NCBI GenBank assembly: GCA_032119475.1
Contig: JAUMCA010000087.1
Span: forward strand, 1 to 24,000
Direction of reading: 5' to 3'
Length of the DNA stretch: 24,000 nt
Source of the DNA: Thermoleophilia bacterium
GTDB lineage: Bacteria; Actinomycetota; Thermoleophilia; Gaiellales; F1-60-MAGs149
Shown: piece by piece, positions 14,633 through 21,953 of the stretch
Position numbering within the stretch: the stretch's first letter is position 1
Layout: each line of letters starts with the position of its first letter
Notes under the pieces: model-generated
Seen by the model: the letters and a program-made list of their open reading frames with translations, nothing else
What the model was told of the DNA's origin: nothing
Databases searched by the model: none
Translations under genes and position numbers: made by a program

Positions 14633-15811
14633 GTGCCCGACGTGCTGGTGATCGGCTCCGGCGGCGCCGGGCTGGCCGCCGCCGTCGCCGCCGCCGACGC
14701 CGGCGCCTCGGTCCTGCTGGCCACGAAGCTCGGTGTCGCGTCCAGCAACACCGCCAAGGCGCAGGGCGGCATCCAGGCCGCCCTGGGGCCCGACGACGAT
14801 CCGGCCACCCACTGCGCGGACATCATCCGGTCCTCGCACGACACCGCCGATCCGACCCTCGCCCGCCGGCTCGCGGAGGAGGGGCCCGCGACGATCGCCT
14901 GGCTCGAGTCGCTGGGCGTCGCGTTCACGCGCGACGCGGGCGGCGGCCCGCGCCGCGCGCGCTGCGGCGGCGCGACGCGCGAGCGCCTGCTGCAGGTCGG
15001 CGACCGCACGGGCCACGCCATCGCCAGCGCGCTGCGGAGCGCCGTCGGCGCCCGGCCGATCGAGGTGCGCGACCACGCGACCCTCGTCGAGGTCGGCGTG
15101 GGCCACGCGGTCCTCGACCAGGGGGGCGAGCGCACCCGGCTGGCGCCCGGCGCGATCGTGCTCGCCGCAGGCGGCCGCTGCCGGCGGGTGGCGGAAGAGG
15201 AGGGCGAGCTGTCGACGAACGGCGACGGCGCCACGGGCGAGGTCGAGGTGCTCGCGGTCGCGGCCGGCTGCACGCAGCGCGACGCCGACTCGCTGCAGCG
15301 GCACCCCACCGGTGCCGCCTGGCCGCCCGCCATGGCCGGCTACGCCGTGCCCGAGACGACGCGGGCCTACGGGGCCCTGCTCCGCGACGGCACGGTAGAG
15401 CTCTTCGTCGACGAGCTCGCTCCCCGCGACGAGGTGGCCGCCGCGATCATCCGGGCCTGCGCCGAGGGGCGCGGCGTCACGACCGCGGACGGCCGCCCCG
15501 CCGTCCACCTCGATTGCCGCCCGGTGGACCCGGCGGACGCCGAGATCTCGTTCCCGTACATGCTCCGCCGGTACCGCAAGGCCGGCATCGACCCCCTCGC
15601 CGAGTCGATCCCGGTCTACCCCGTGCTCCACTACCAGAACGGCGGGCTCGTGATCGACGAGGACGGCGCCACGACCGTGCCCGGCCTGTGGGCGGCCGGC
15701 GAGATCACCGGCGGCGTCCACGGGCGCAACCGGATGATGGGCAACTCGCTCCTCGACGTCTGCGTGTTCGGCCGGCGCGCGGGCGCGGCCGCCGCGGCCG
15801 CCGTCCGCTGA
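14633..15811 (+). CDS. FAD-binding oxidoreductase of the fumarate reductase / succinate dehydrogenase flavoprotein / L-aspartate oxidase class (short, 392 aa)
   Basis: The GTG start lies 1 nt after the comA stop. Motifs: DVLVIGSGGAGLAAAVAAADAGASVLL, KAQGGIQAA, QRHPTG, ELAPRDEVAAAI, GLWAAGEITGGVHGRNRMMGNSLLDVCVFGRRAG. Confidence 0.87.
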   Translation: MPDVLVIGSGGAGLAAAVAAADAGASVLLATKLGVASSNTAKAQGGIQAALGPDDDPATHCADIIRSSHDTADPTLARRLAEEGPATIAWLESLGVAFTRDAGGGPRRARCGGATRERLLQVGDRTGHAIASALRSAVGARPIEVRDHATLVEVGVGHAVLDQGGERTRLAPGAIVLAAGGRCRRVAEEEGELSTNGDGATGEVEVLAVAAGCTQRDADSLQRHPTGAAWPPAMAGYAVPETTRAYGALLRDGTVELFVDELAPRDEVAAAIIRACAEGRGVTTADGRPAVHLDCRPVDPADAEISFPYMLRRYRKAGIDPLAESIPVYPVLHYQNGGLVIDEDGATTVPGLWAAGEITGGVHGRNRMMGNSLLDVCVFGRRAGAAAAAAVR

Positions 15812-15813
15812 CC

Positions 15814-16890
15814 ATGGCCGACGTCCTCATCGTCGGCGCCTCCTTCGCCGGGCTCGCCGCCGCGCGCGAGCTCCGCGGGCACGACGTCGAGATCGTCGAC
15901 CGCTCCCCGATCGGGGCGCACCAGACGTCGGCCTGCGCGCTGCCCGTGCGGCTGGTCGAGTGGCTGGGCGCCGGTGACGCGATCCTGCACGCGGACCGTC
16001 GCATGCGGCTGCGCGTGGCCGGGGAGACGTGGCGGGTCGACCTGCCCGAGCCGTTCTGCACCATCGACTACGCCCGCTGCTGCGCGCTCATCGCGGCCCA
16101 GGCCGATGCGCGCTTCTCGCGGGCGCGCGCGACCGGCCGGGACGGGCACGAGGTCCTGCTCGCCGACGGCGGTCGTCGGTCGGCCGCGCACCTCGTCGAC
16201 GCCTCCGGCTACCGGCGCGTGCTCGACGCCGCCGGCCCCACGCCGGGTCGTGCGCCCGTGCTCGTCACGGGGACCGAGGACCACGTGCCGACGACGGACG
16301 TGCCGACGACGCCCGGCTTCGACTTCATCTTCGACCGTCGCATCGTGCGGGCCGGCTACGCGTGGTCCTTCCCGTCCGGCGATCACGCACGCGTGGGGGT
16401 GGGCTCCTTCACCCGGGAGCCGCTGCCCCCGGCGATGACCGCACTGCGGGCGCTGGAGCCGATCGGCCCGGGCACGGAGCACCACGGCGGCGCGATCAGC
16501 TGCGTGCCCCGCCCGCCGGTGCAGGGCGGCGTGCTGTTCGCGGGCGACGCCGCCGGCCACGCGCTGCCCCTGACCCTCGAGGGCATCCGCCCGGCGGTCT
16601 ACTTCGGCGCGGCGGCCGGGCGCCTGCTGGCGGCCGTGCTGGACGGGCGCATCGACGTCGCGGAGGCGCACGCGCGCTACCGCGCGCTGCACGAGGGGCA
16701 TCTCCGCGGCTATCGCGTCCTCCTGCGCGCCCAGCGCTGGACCCGCTGGACACCCGACGCCCTCAAGCGCCGCGTCATACGCCGCTGGCTCGGCCCCGGC
16801 GCGCGCCACGGCGATCCGCCGGTGCTCGACTTCCGCGTCGGCCGCTACCTCGAGGTGCTGCGCGCCGAGGACCTCCCGCCCCTGCCCTGA
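15814..16890 (+). CDS. NAD(P)/FAD-dependent oxidoreductase, geranylgeranyl-reductase/FixC-like
   Basis: Trimmed from track ORF 15514..16890. The ATG lies 2 nt after the previous stop. Motifs: MADVLIVGASFAGLAAARELRG, AGYAWSFPSG, FAGDAAGHALPLTLEGIRPAVYFG. Confidence 0.82.
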   Translation: MADVLIVGASFAGLAAARELRGHDVEIVDRSPIGAHQTSACALPVRLVEWLGAGDAILHADRRMRLRVAGETWRVDLPEPFCTIDYARCCALIAAQADARFSRARATGRDGHEVLLADGGRRSAAHLVDASGYRRVLDAAGPTPGRAPVLVTGTEDHVPTTDVPTTPGFDFIFDRRIVRAGYAWSFPSGDHARVGVGSFTREPLPPAMTALRALEPIGPGTEHHGGAISCVPRPPVQGGVLFAGDAAGHALPLTLEGIRPAVYFGAAAGRLLAAVLDGRIDVAEAHARYRALHEGHLRGYRVLLRAQRWTRWTPDALKRRVIRRWLGPGARHGDPPVLDFRVGRYLEVLRAEDLPPLP

Positions 16891-16908
16891 CGCTACGCTC
16901 CGCGGGCC

Positions 16909-17382
16909 GTGCCCGCGGACTCGCCGATCCTCATCCAGGCGCTCGCCGCGCTCGACCCCATGCTGATCGACCACGAGTTCAGCCTGCTCGGCTACGGCCG
17001 CGGCTCCGCGCCGCCGTCGCCGGAGGACCTGCTCGCCGAGGGCTTCGGCGCGCGGATCGACGATCCGCTCGAGACGACGTTCATCCTCCGCACCGCCATC
17101 GCGGAGCGCCTGCCGCCGGCGGATCGCCGCCAGGACGGGCTGCGGGTCATCCTCCTCGTCGGCGAGCTGCCACCTGACCTGATCGGGTTCGCCTCGACCA
17201 TCGCCGGGGCGCTCGCCGACCGCGGCGTGCCGCTCGTGCCGATCGGCACGGCCTCCCGCGACCACCTCCTGGTCCCGGATGCCGCCTGGCCGGAGACGCT
17301 CGCCGTCCTGCGGGGGCTGCGGGACGCCGCCCGGCAGATCCTCGCCGACGCCGGGGAGTCGGCGGACGCCGACCCCCTCTAG
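16909..17382 (+). CDS. Small hypothetical protein, possibly ACT-like ligand-binding domain
   Basis: 157 aa. The C-terminal half, RVILLVGELPPDLIGFASTIAGALADRGVPLVPIGTASRDHLLVPDAAWPETLAVLRGL, resembles the ACT_7-type pattern (pseudo-allosteric domain, 'dhilVpe' signature). The functional call is tentative. Confidence 0.55.
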   Translation: MPADSPILIQALAALDPMLIDHEFSLLGYGRGSAPPSPEDLLAEGFGARIDDPLETTFILRTAIAERLPPADRRQDGLRVILLVGELPPDLIGFASTIAGALADRGVPLVPIGTASRDHLLVPDAAWPETLAVLRGLRDAARQILADAGESADADPL

Positions 17383-17385
17383 CAT
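17380..17385 (+). promoter_or_regulatory. -10-like hexamer TAGCAT overlapping the upstream stop, 6 nt upstream of GTG 17392
   Basis: TAGCAT-tccggc-GTG. No SD. Confidence 0.33.
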
Positions 17386-17391
17386 TCCGGC

Positions 17392-18873
17392 GTGGAGCGA
17401 CTCGTGCGGATCCTCGCGGCCGTGCTCGCGGCACTGCTCGTCGCCGGGGCGGCCGCCATGTTCGTGCGGGCCCAAGTCGTCAAGAACGCCCCGTCGCCGA
17501 TCATCGCTCCGACGATCGGCAACCGCGTGTTCTCGCCCGACGCCTTCAAGCCCCGCCGACGCGAGGCGACGCTGACGGTAGGCCTGCGGCAGCGCACCCC
17601 GGCGCAGGTCGTCGTGCTGGACCAGGACGACGCGCAGGTCGCGGTCGCCGAGGCGGAGCAGCGGGGGCGCCGGATCCGAGCCAGCTGGAACGGCCGCCGC
17701 GCGGACGGGCGGCTCGCGCCCGACGGGGCCTATCGCTTCGCGATCCGCCTGCCGGCGAAGGACCGCACGATCCGCATCCCCGATCCGATCCGCCTCGACG
17801 CGACGCCGCCGGTCGTCGAATCCGATGCGCGCCCCGGGCGCTACATCTCCCCCGGCCTCGAGGGCGAGGCCGGCGCCTACCGGTTCGCGCTGCGCGCCTC
17901 CGAGCCCGTCCGCTTCCGCCTCGACGTGCGGCAGATCCAGCCGTCCGGCGCTGCGCGCCTGATCCGGCGCGAGGCACGGCCGCGCTGGACGCGCGCGAAG
18001 GAGATGCGCTGGGCCGCGGACGCCGGCAACCTCCCGCTCGACGCGATCGGCGAGTTCGTCGGCCCCGGCTCGTACATCGTGGGCTGGAAGGCCGAGGACC
18101 GGGCCGGGAACATCGTCATGTCGCCGGCCCGCGTGGAGCCCGGACAGCTGGCCCCGGCGCGGGTCGTCGGCGTGCGCACGGTCCAGCTGACCCCGCGACT
18201 CGAGCCGCTGACCCTGCTCGCCGACGTCGAACTCATCCGCCATCGGCCCGACGCGGCGTTCCCCGGCTCGACCGTCGCGCGCGCGAAGGGCGCGCCCGGT
18301 GCCGTCCGCCTGCCGCGCGCCCGGGCCGGCTTCTACGCCGTCGAGATCACCGGGAACGGCTGGCAGGGCTGGGCGCCGGAGGCCGTCCGCGGACGGGCCG
18401 CCGTCGCCGTGCTCGTCCCGCTGTACACGTGGCAGGCTGCCAATCCGGCCGACGCGGACCTCTCCGGCTTCCCGGACGTCCCGCCCGGGCCGCTCGACCT
18501 CGACCGCCCGCTGCCTCCCGAGGCCACGCAGGCGATGGCGTCCCTGGGCCGCACCGCCACCGGCCTCCGACGCGGCCTCGCGACGGGCGTCGGGGCGGTC
18601 ACGGACGCCGCCGTCGAGGACCGCGGGGTGCCCCGCGGCGTGCGGGTGCTCGCGGTCGCCGGCGCGTCGGTGTGGACCGACGGGCTGCTCGCCCGCCTCG
18701 CGGCGTTCCAGCGTCGCGGGGGGACGCTGCTGGTGCTCGGCGACGACGCGTTCACGCGCGCTGCGACGCGCAGCGGCAACGGCATCACGATCGTGCGCCG
18801 CACCACCCCGGCGCTCGACGCCCTCGCTCCCGCCCGCACGATCGACGAGGCCCGCGCCGCACTGGCACCCTGA
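17392..18873 (+). CDS. N-terminally anchored extracytoplasmic protein with FlgD-Ig-like beta-sandwich repeats and an uncharacterised C-terminal domain
   Basis: TM/signal anchor: ILAAVLAALLVAGAAAMFV. Two FlgD_ig-like patterns: ASWNGRRADGRLAPDGAYRFAIRL and GPGSYIVGWKAEDRAGN. The C-terminal part (AVLVPLYTWQAAN..., RVLAVAGASVWTDGL..GGTLLVLGDDAF) is of unknown function. Confidence 0.7.
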   Translation: MERLVRILAAVLAALLVAGAAAMFVRAQVVKNAPSPIIAPTIGNRVFSPDAFKPRRREATLTVGLRQRTPAQVVVLDQDDAQVAVAEAEQRGRRIRASWNGRRADGRLAPDGAYRFAIRLPAKDRTIRIPDPIRLDATPPVVESDARPGRYISPGLEGEAGAYRFALRASEPVRFRLDVRQIQPSGAARLIRREARPRWTRAKEMRWAADAGNLPLDAIGEFVGPGSYIVGWKAEDRAGNIVMSPARVEPGQLAPARVVGVRTVQLTPRLEPLTLLADVELIRHRPDAAFPGSTVARAKGAPGAVRLPRARAGFYAVEITGNGWQGWAPEAVRGRAAVAVLVPLYTWQAANPADADLSGFPDVPPGPLDLDRPLPPEATQAMASLGRTATGLRRGLATGVGAVTDAAVEDRGVPRGVRVLAVAGASVWTDGLLARLAAFQRRGGTLLVLGDDAFTRAATRSGNGITIVRRTTPALDALAPARTIDEARAALAP

Positions 18874-18895
18874 GCGGGCACGACCCCGCTCCCCG

Positions 18896-18901
18896 TACCA
18901 T
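18896..18901 (+). promoter_or_regulatory. Candidate -10 box TACCAT placed for leaderless expression of the epimerase gene
   Basis: TACCAT-gtcgcc-ATG(18908): 6-nt gap, no SD. Confidence 0.4.
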
Positions 18902-18907
18902 GTCGCC

Positions 18908-20017
18908 ATGCGCGTCCTGGTCACCGGCGGGGCCGGCTTCATCGGGTCCCACCTCGCGGACCGCCTGCTCGCGGCGGGACACGCGGTGCGCGCGTACGAC
19001 TCCCTCGACCCGCAGGTCCACCCCGACGGCCCGCCGGCGTACCTCGACCCGGCGGTCGAGCTCGTCGTCGGCGACATCCGCGATGCCGAGGCGGTCGGCC
19101 GGGCCATGGACGACGTCGACGCGGTGGTCCACCTGGCGGCGGTGGTCGGCGTCGGCCAGTCGATGTACGAGATGCGCCGGTACATGGACGTCAACGCGGT
19201 CGGCTGCGCGGTGCTGCTGGAGCAGCTGGTCGAGCGGCGCGACCGCATCCGCCGCCTCGTGGTCGCCTCCTCGATGTCGATCTACGGCGAGGGGCAGTAC
19301 CGCGATCCGGCCACCGGCGCCGGCGGCCTCGCGCCGGCCCTGCGGCCGGAGGACCAGCTCGCGGCGCACCGCTGGGAGCTCGAGGGGCCGAACGGGCCGC
19401 TCGAGCCGGAGCCGACGCGCGAGGACAAGCCGCTCCTGCCCACCAGCGTCTACGCGATCTCCAAGCGCGACCACGAGGAGCTCTGCCTCGCGGTTGGCGC
19501 GGCCTACGGCGTCCCCGCCCTGGCCCTGCGCCTGTTCAACGTCTACGGGCCGCGCCAGGCGCTCGGCAACCCGTACACCGGCGTCGCCGCGATCTTCGGC
19601 AGCCGGCTCCTCAACGGCAACGCGCCGCTCGCCTTCGAGGACGGCCGCCAGACCCGCGACTTCGTCCACGTGACGGACGTCGCGCGCGCGTTCCACCTCG
19701 CCACGGAGTCGGACGCCAGCGGCGCCGCGCTCAACGTCTGCACCGGCGTCGCCTCGAGCGTGGTCGCCATCGCCGAGGGACTCGCCCGCGGGCTGGGCGT
19801 CGCGATCGCACCCGAGGTCGTCGGCCGCTACCGCGCCGGCGACATCCGGCACTGCATCGGCGACCCCGCGCGCGCGGCCGCGCTGCTCGGGTTCCGGGCC
19901 GAGGTCGGCATCGCCGACGGCCTCGCCGAGCTCGCCGGCTGGCTGGCCGAGCAGGAGGCCGAGGATCGCGTCGATGCCGCGATGGACGAGCTGCGCCGTC
20001 GGGGGCTCGAGCGGTGA
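18908..20017 (+). CDS. NAD-dependent nucleotide-sugar epimerase/dehydratase (extended SDR)
   Basis: Trimmed from track ORF 18299..20017. Starts MRVLVTGGAGFIGSHLADRL. YxxxK motif in SVYAISKRDHEELC. There is a roughly 35-aa insertion between YGEG and the catalytic Tyr, as in tyvelose-epimerase-like SDRs. Confidence 0.88.
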   Translation: MRVLVTGGAGFIGSHLADRLLAAGHAVRAYDSLDPQVHPDGPPAYLDPAVELVVGDIRDAEAVGRAMDDVDAVVHLAAVVGVGQSMYEMRRYMDVNAVGCAVLLEQLVERRDRIRRLVVASSMSIYGEGQYRDPATGAGGLAPALRPEDQLAAHRWELEGPNGPLEPEPTREDKPLLPTSVYAISKRDHEELCLAVGAAYGVPALALRLFNVYGPRQALGNPYTGVAAIFGSRLLNGNAPLAFEDGRQTRDFVHVTDVARAFHLATESDASGAALNVCTGVASSVVAIAEGLARGLGVAIAPEVVGRYRAGDIRHCIGDPARAAALLGFRAEVGIADGLAELAGWLAEQEAEDRVDAAMDELRRRGLER

Positions 20018-20979
20018 GCCGCGTCGCGGTCGCCATCGTCGCCCACGGAAACCGCCCTCTCCTGCTCGAGGCGCTCGCGGCGCTGCGCGGGCCCGACCGC
20101 CCGCAGACGCCGCACGACATCCACGTGCTCGACAACGCGTCCGAGGACGGCACCGTCGAGGCCGTGCGGGCCGCCGACCCGCAGGTCGACGTCGTCGCCC
20201 AGCCGTTCCGCGACGGCTTCGGCGCGAACCACAACCGGCTGCTCGCGCGGTCCGAGGCGCCGTACCACCTGATCCTCAACGACGACGCCACCGTCGAGCC
20301 CGGAGCCGTCGACGCGCTCGTGGCGCATCTCGACGCCCACCCGCACGTCGCCGTCGCCGCGCCGACCGTCGCGTATCCCGACGGCCGCCACCAGCCGTCC
20401 GCGTTCCGCTTCCCCGACCCCGCGACCTGCGCCCGCAGCCTGCTCACCCTCGGGCAGCTCGGGATCGAGCAGCGCGCGACCGGCGCCGCGACGGCCGTGG
20501 ACTGGGCATCCGGGTGCGCGCTCCTCCTACGGCGCAGCGCGATCGAGGAGACCGGTCCCTTCGACGAGGGCTTCTACATGTACTCCGAGGAGACCGACCT
20601 CCAGCGCCGGCTGGCCGGGCGAGGCTGGGCGACGCACGTGGTGCCGCCGGCGCGCGTCCGCCACCACGTGAAGGCGTCCTCGGCCGGCGACCCGGCGCCG
20701 CGCATCGTCGAGTTCTGGCGCAGCCGGCGCCGCTACTGGGCCAAGCACCATCCCGGCCTCGGCGGCGACGCCGCGCGCCTCGCGCTGGCCGGTCAGTACG
20801 CCGCGCTGACGGGTCTGGCGCACGCCCGGCGGCTGCCCGGGCCACTGCGCCGCCTGGCACCCGGATTGCCGGCGGTGGAGCTCCGGCTGCACCTCGAGAA
20901 CGCGCTCCACGGTCCGACCGGACCGGGCCTGCGCGAGCGAACGGACGCCTGGAACGCCGACCACGGGGTGCGCCGCTGA
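20014..20979 (+). CDS. Glycosyltransferase family 2
   Basis: The GTG start overlaps the previous stop (GTGA). Motifs: VAVAIVAHGNRPLLLEAL..VLDNASEDGT..LILNDDATVEPGAV..SGCALLLRRSAIEETGPFDEGFYMYSEETDLQRR. Confidence 0.88.
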   Translation: MSRVAVAIVAHGNRPLLLEALAALRGPDRPQTPHDIHVLDNASEDGTVEAVRAADPQVDVVAQPFRDGFGANHNRLLARSEAPYHLILNDDATVEPGAVDALVAHLDAHPHVAVAAPTVAYPDGRHQPSAFRFPDPATCARSLLTLGQLGIEQRATGAATAVDWASGCALLLRRSAIEETGPFDEGFYMYSEETDLQRRLAGRGWATHVVPPARVRHHVKASSAGDPAPRIVEFWRSRRRYWAKHHPGLGGDAARLALAGQYAALTGLAHARRLPGPLRRLAPGLPAVELRLHLENALHGPTGPGLRERTDAWNADHGVRR

Positions 20980-21845
20980 TGGAGGCGGTGCAGCTCGCGA
21001 TCGACGCGCCGGCCCCCGTCGGCGCGCGGGCCGCGGCGACCATCGGCGACCTCCTGCGCTCCTCCGGCATCGCCGTCGGCCGCACCGGGAGCGTCGTGCT
21101 GACCTGGCCGTGCCCGGCGCTGCCGCTCGATCCGGCCGCGTGGACATCGGCTCTGCCGCTCGACGCGGATCCGATCGCCTTCGCGCACCGTCACCGCACC
21201 AGCCGCGGCGGGGGCGGCGGCTGGGAGCGCCCCGTCGACGAGGTGCGGCTCCGCGTCCGCGCGTGGGCACAGGCGGAGAGCCTCATGGTCGGCAGCCCCT
21301 GGCCGGGCCGCTGCGCGTTCGCCGTCGCGCTCGTCCACGACGCCCGCCCGCTGCCCGAACCGGACCGCGGCCTCCGCGCGCGCCTGCGCCGCTCCCCCGG
21401 CGACCCGCTCGCCGCCTACCGTGCGGTGGCCGACGTCGAACGGGCCGCCGGTGCGCAGTCGGCGCTGCGCTCCATCGACCTGCTCGACCCCGCTGCGCAG
21501 GCCCGGGTCCACGCGCTCGGCTTCACGCTCGACGACGTCGCGGGCATCCGCATCGGCACGCGGACGGGCTTCCGCCGCGGAACGGCGTTCCCCACCCGCG
21601 GCTACGACGACGCCGGGGAGCGCCCGGCCGACTGGATCGAGATCCCGCTGCTCGACGAGGCCGCCGAGCTCGGGCTGCCCTCGTTGCTCGACGCCGGGGG
21701 CGCCGGCGCCCTCAGCCTGCCGATCGAGCGGTTCGCCGGCGACCCCACCGCCCTCACCGAGTACGCGGCGCTCCTCGAGCGCCTCCGCGCCCTCGGCGGC
21801 TGGCTGGCCACGCCGGGGGCGGTGGCGGGGGCGCTGTACGGGTAG
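20979..21845 (+). CDS. Hypothetical protein of the glycan cluster, possibly polysaccharide-deacetylase-related
   Basis: Trimmed from track ORF 19974..21845. The ATG overlaps the GT2 stop by 1 nt (TGATG). Segments CAFAVALVHDA and GFRRGTAFPTRGYD..WIEIPLLDEAAE recall deacetylase-family proteins found in GT clusters. The functional call is weak. Confidence 0.6.
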   Translation: MEAVQLAIDAPAPVGARAAATIGDLLRSSGIAVGRTGSVVLTWPCPALPLDPAAWTSALPLDADPIAFAHRHRTSRGGGGGWERPVDEVRLRVRAWAQAESLMVGSPWPGRCAFAVALVHDARPLPEPDRGLRARLRRSPGDPLAAYRAVADVERAAGAQSALRSIDLLDPAAQARVHALGFTLDDVAGIRIGTRTGFRRGTAFPTRGYDDAGERPADWIEIPLLDEAAELGLPSLLDAGGAGALSLPIERFAGDPTALTEYAALLERLRALGGWLATPGAVAGALYG

Positions 21846-21880
21846 GGGTGAATGAAAGGGGTCTGGCCCCTTTCATTCAC
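21840..21880. repeat. Left arm (41 nt) of a perfect inverted repeat; contains a 14-bp-stem hairpin (21848-21880) and the GGG-TAG end of the + strand gene
   Basis: Sequence: gGGTAGGGGTGAATGAAAGGGG-tctgg-CCCCTTTCATTCAC. It is the exact reverse complement of 21913-21953, checked base by base. It is AT-rich relative to its surroundings. Confidence 0.9.
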
Positions 21881-21912
21881 GCTGCGGATGAACGCGCCGT
21901 GACGGTGGTGAC

Positions 21913-21953
21913 GTGAATGAAAGGGGCCAGACCCCTTTCATTCACCCCTACCC
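21913..21953. repeat. Right arm (41 nt) of the inverted repeat; contains the mirrored hairpin (21913-21945) and the GGG-TAG end of clpS on the - strand
   Basis: Sequence: GTGAATGAAAGGGG-ccaga-CCCCTTTCATTCACCCCTACCc. The 32-nt spacer between the arms (21881-21912) is gctgcggatgaacgcgccgtgacggtggtgac. Confidence 0.9.

Noticed and set aside
15631-19248. 1205-aa ORF on the minus strand, the longest ORF in the track
   Set aside because: It lies antisense to five well-supported plus-strand genes: the flavoprotein, the GGR-like protein, the ACT-like protein, the FlgD-Ig protein and the epimerase. The translation is Arg/Ala/Gly/Pro-dominated low-complexity sequence with no recognisable motif. Long stop-free antisense frames are expected in very GC-rich DNA.
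21888-21902. Mini-ORF ATG-AAC-GCG-CCG-TGA in the spacer between the hairpins, and the 63-aa and 99-aa track ORFs crossing the repeat
   Set aside because: The mini-ORF is too short and has no SD or -10 context. The longer ORFs overlap clpS out of frame with artefactual composition.
21848-21945. The twin hairpins downstream of clpS as an ANTAR (PdtaR) dual-hairpin RNA target
   Set aside because: ANTAR targets have two short stems capped by hexaloops with conserved A1 and G4, in a 5' leader. These hairpins have 14-bp stems and 5-nt loops (UCUGG / CCAGA), lack that pattern, and lie at gene 3' ends.
21840-21953. The inverted-repeat unit as a bona fide MITE or IS remnant
   Set aside because: No flanking direct target-site duplication is visible (flanks are ..tac / ctg..). 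There is no transposase fragment and no second copy in this window. I keep it as a finding, but mobility is unproven.
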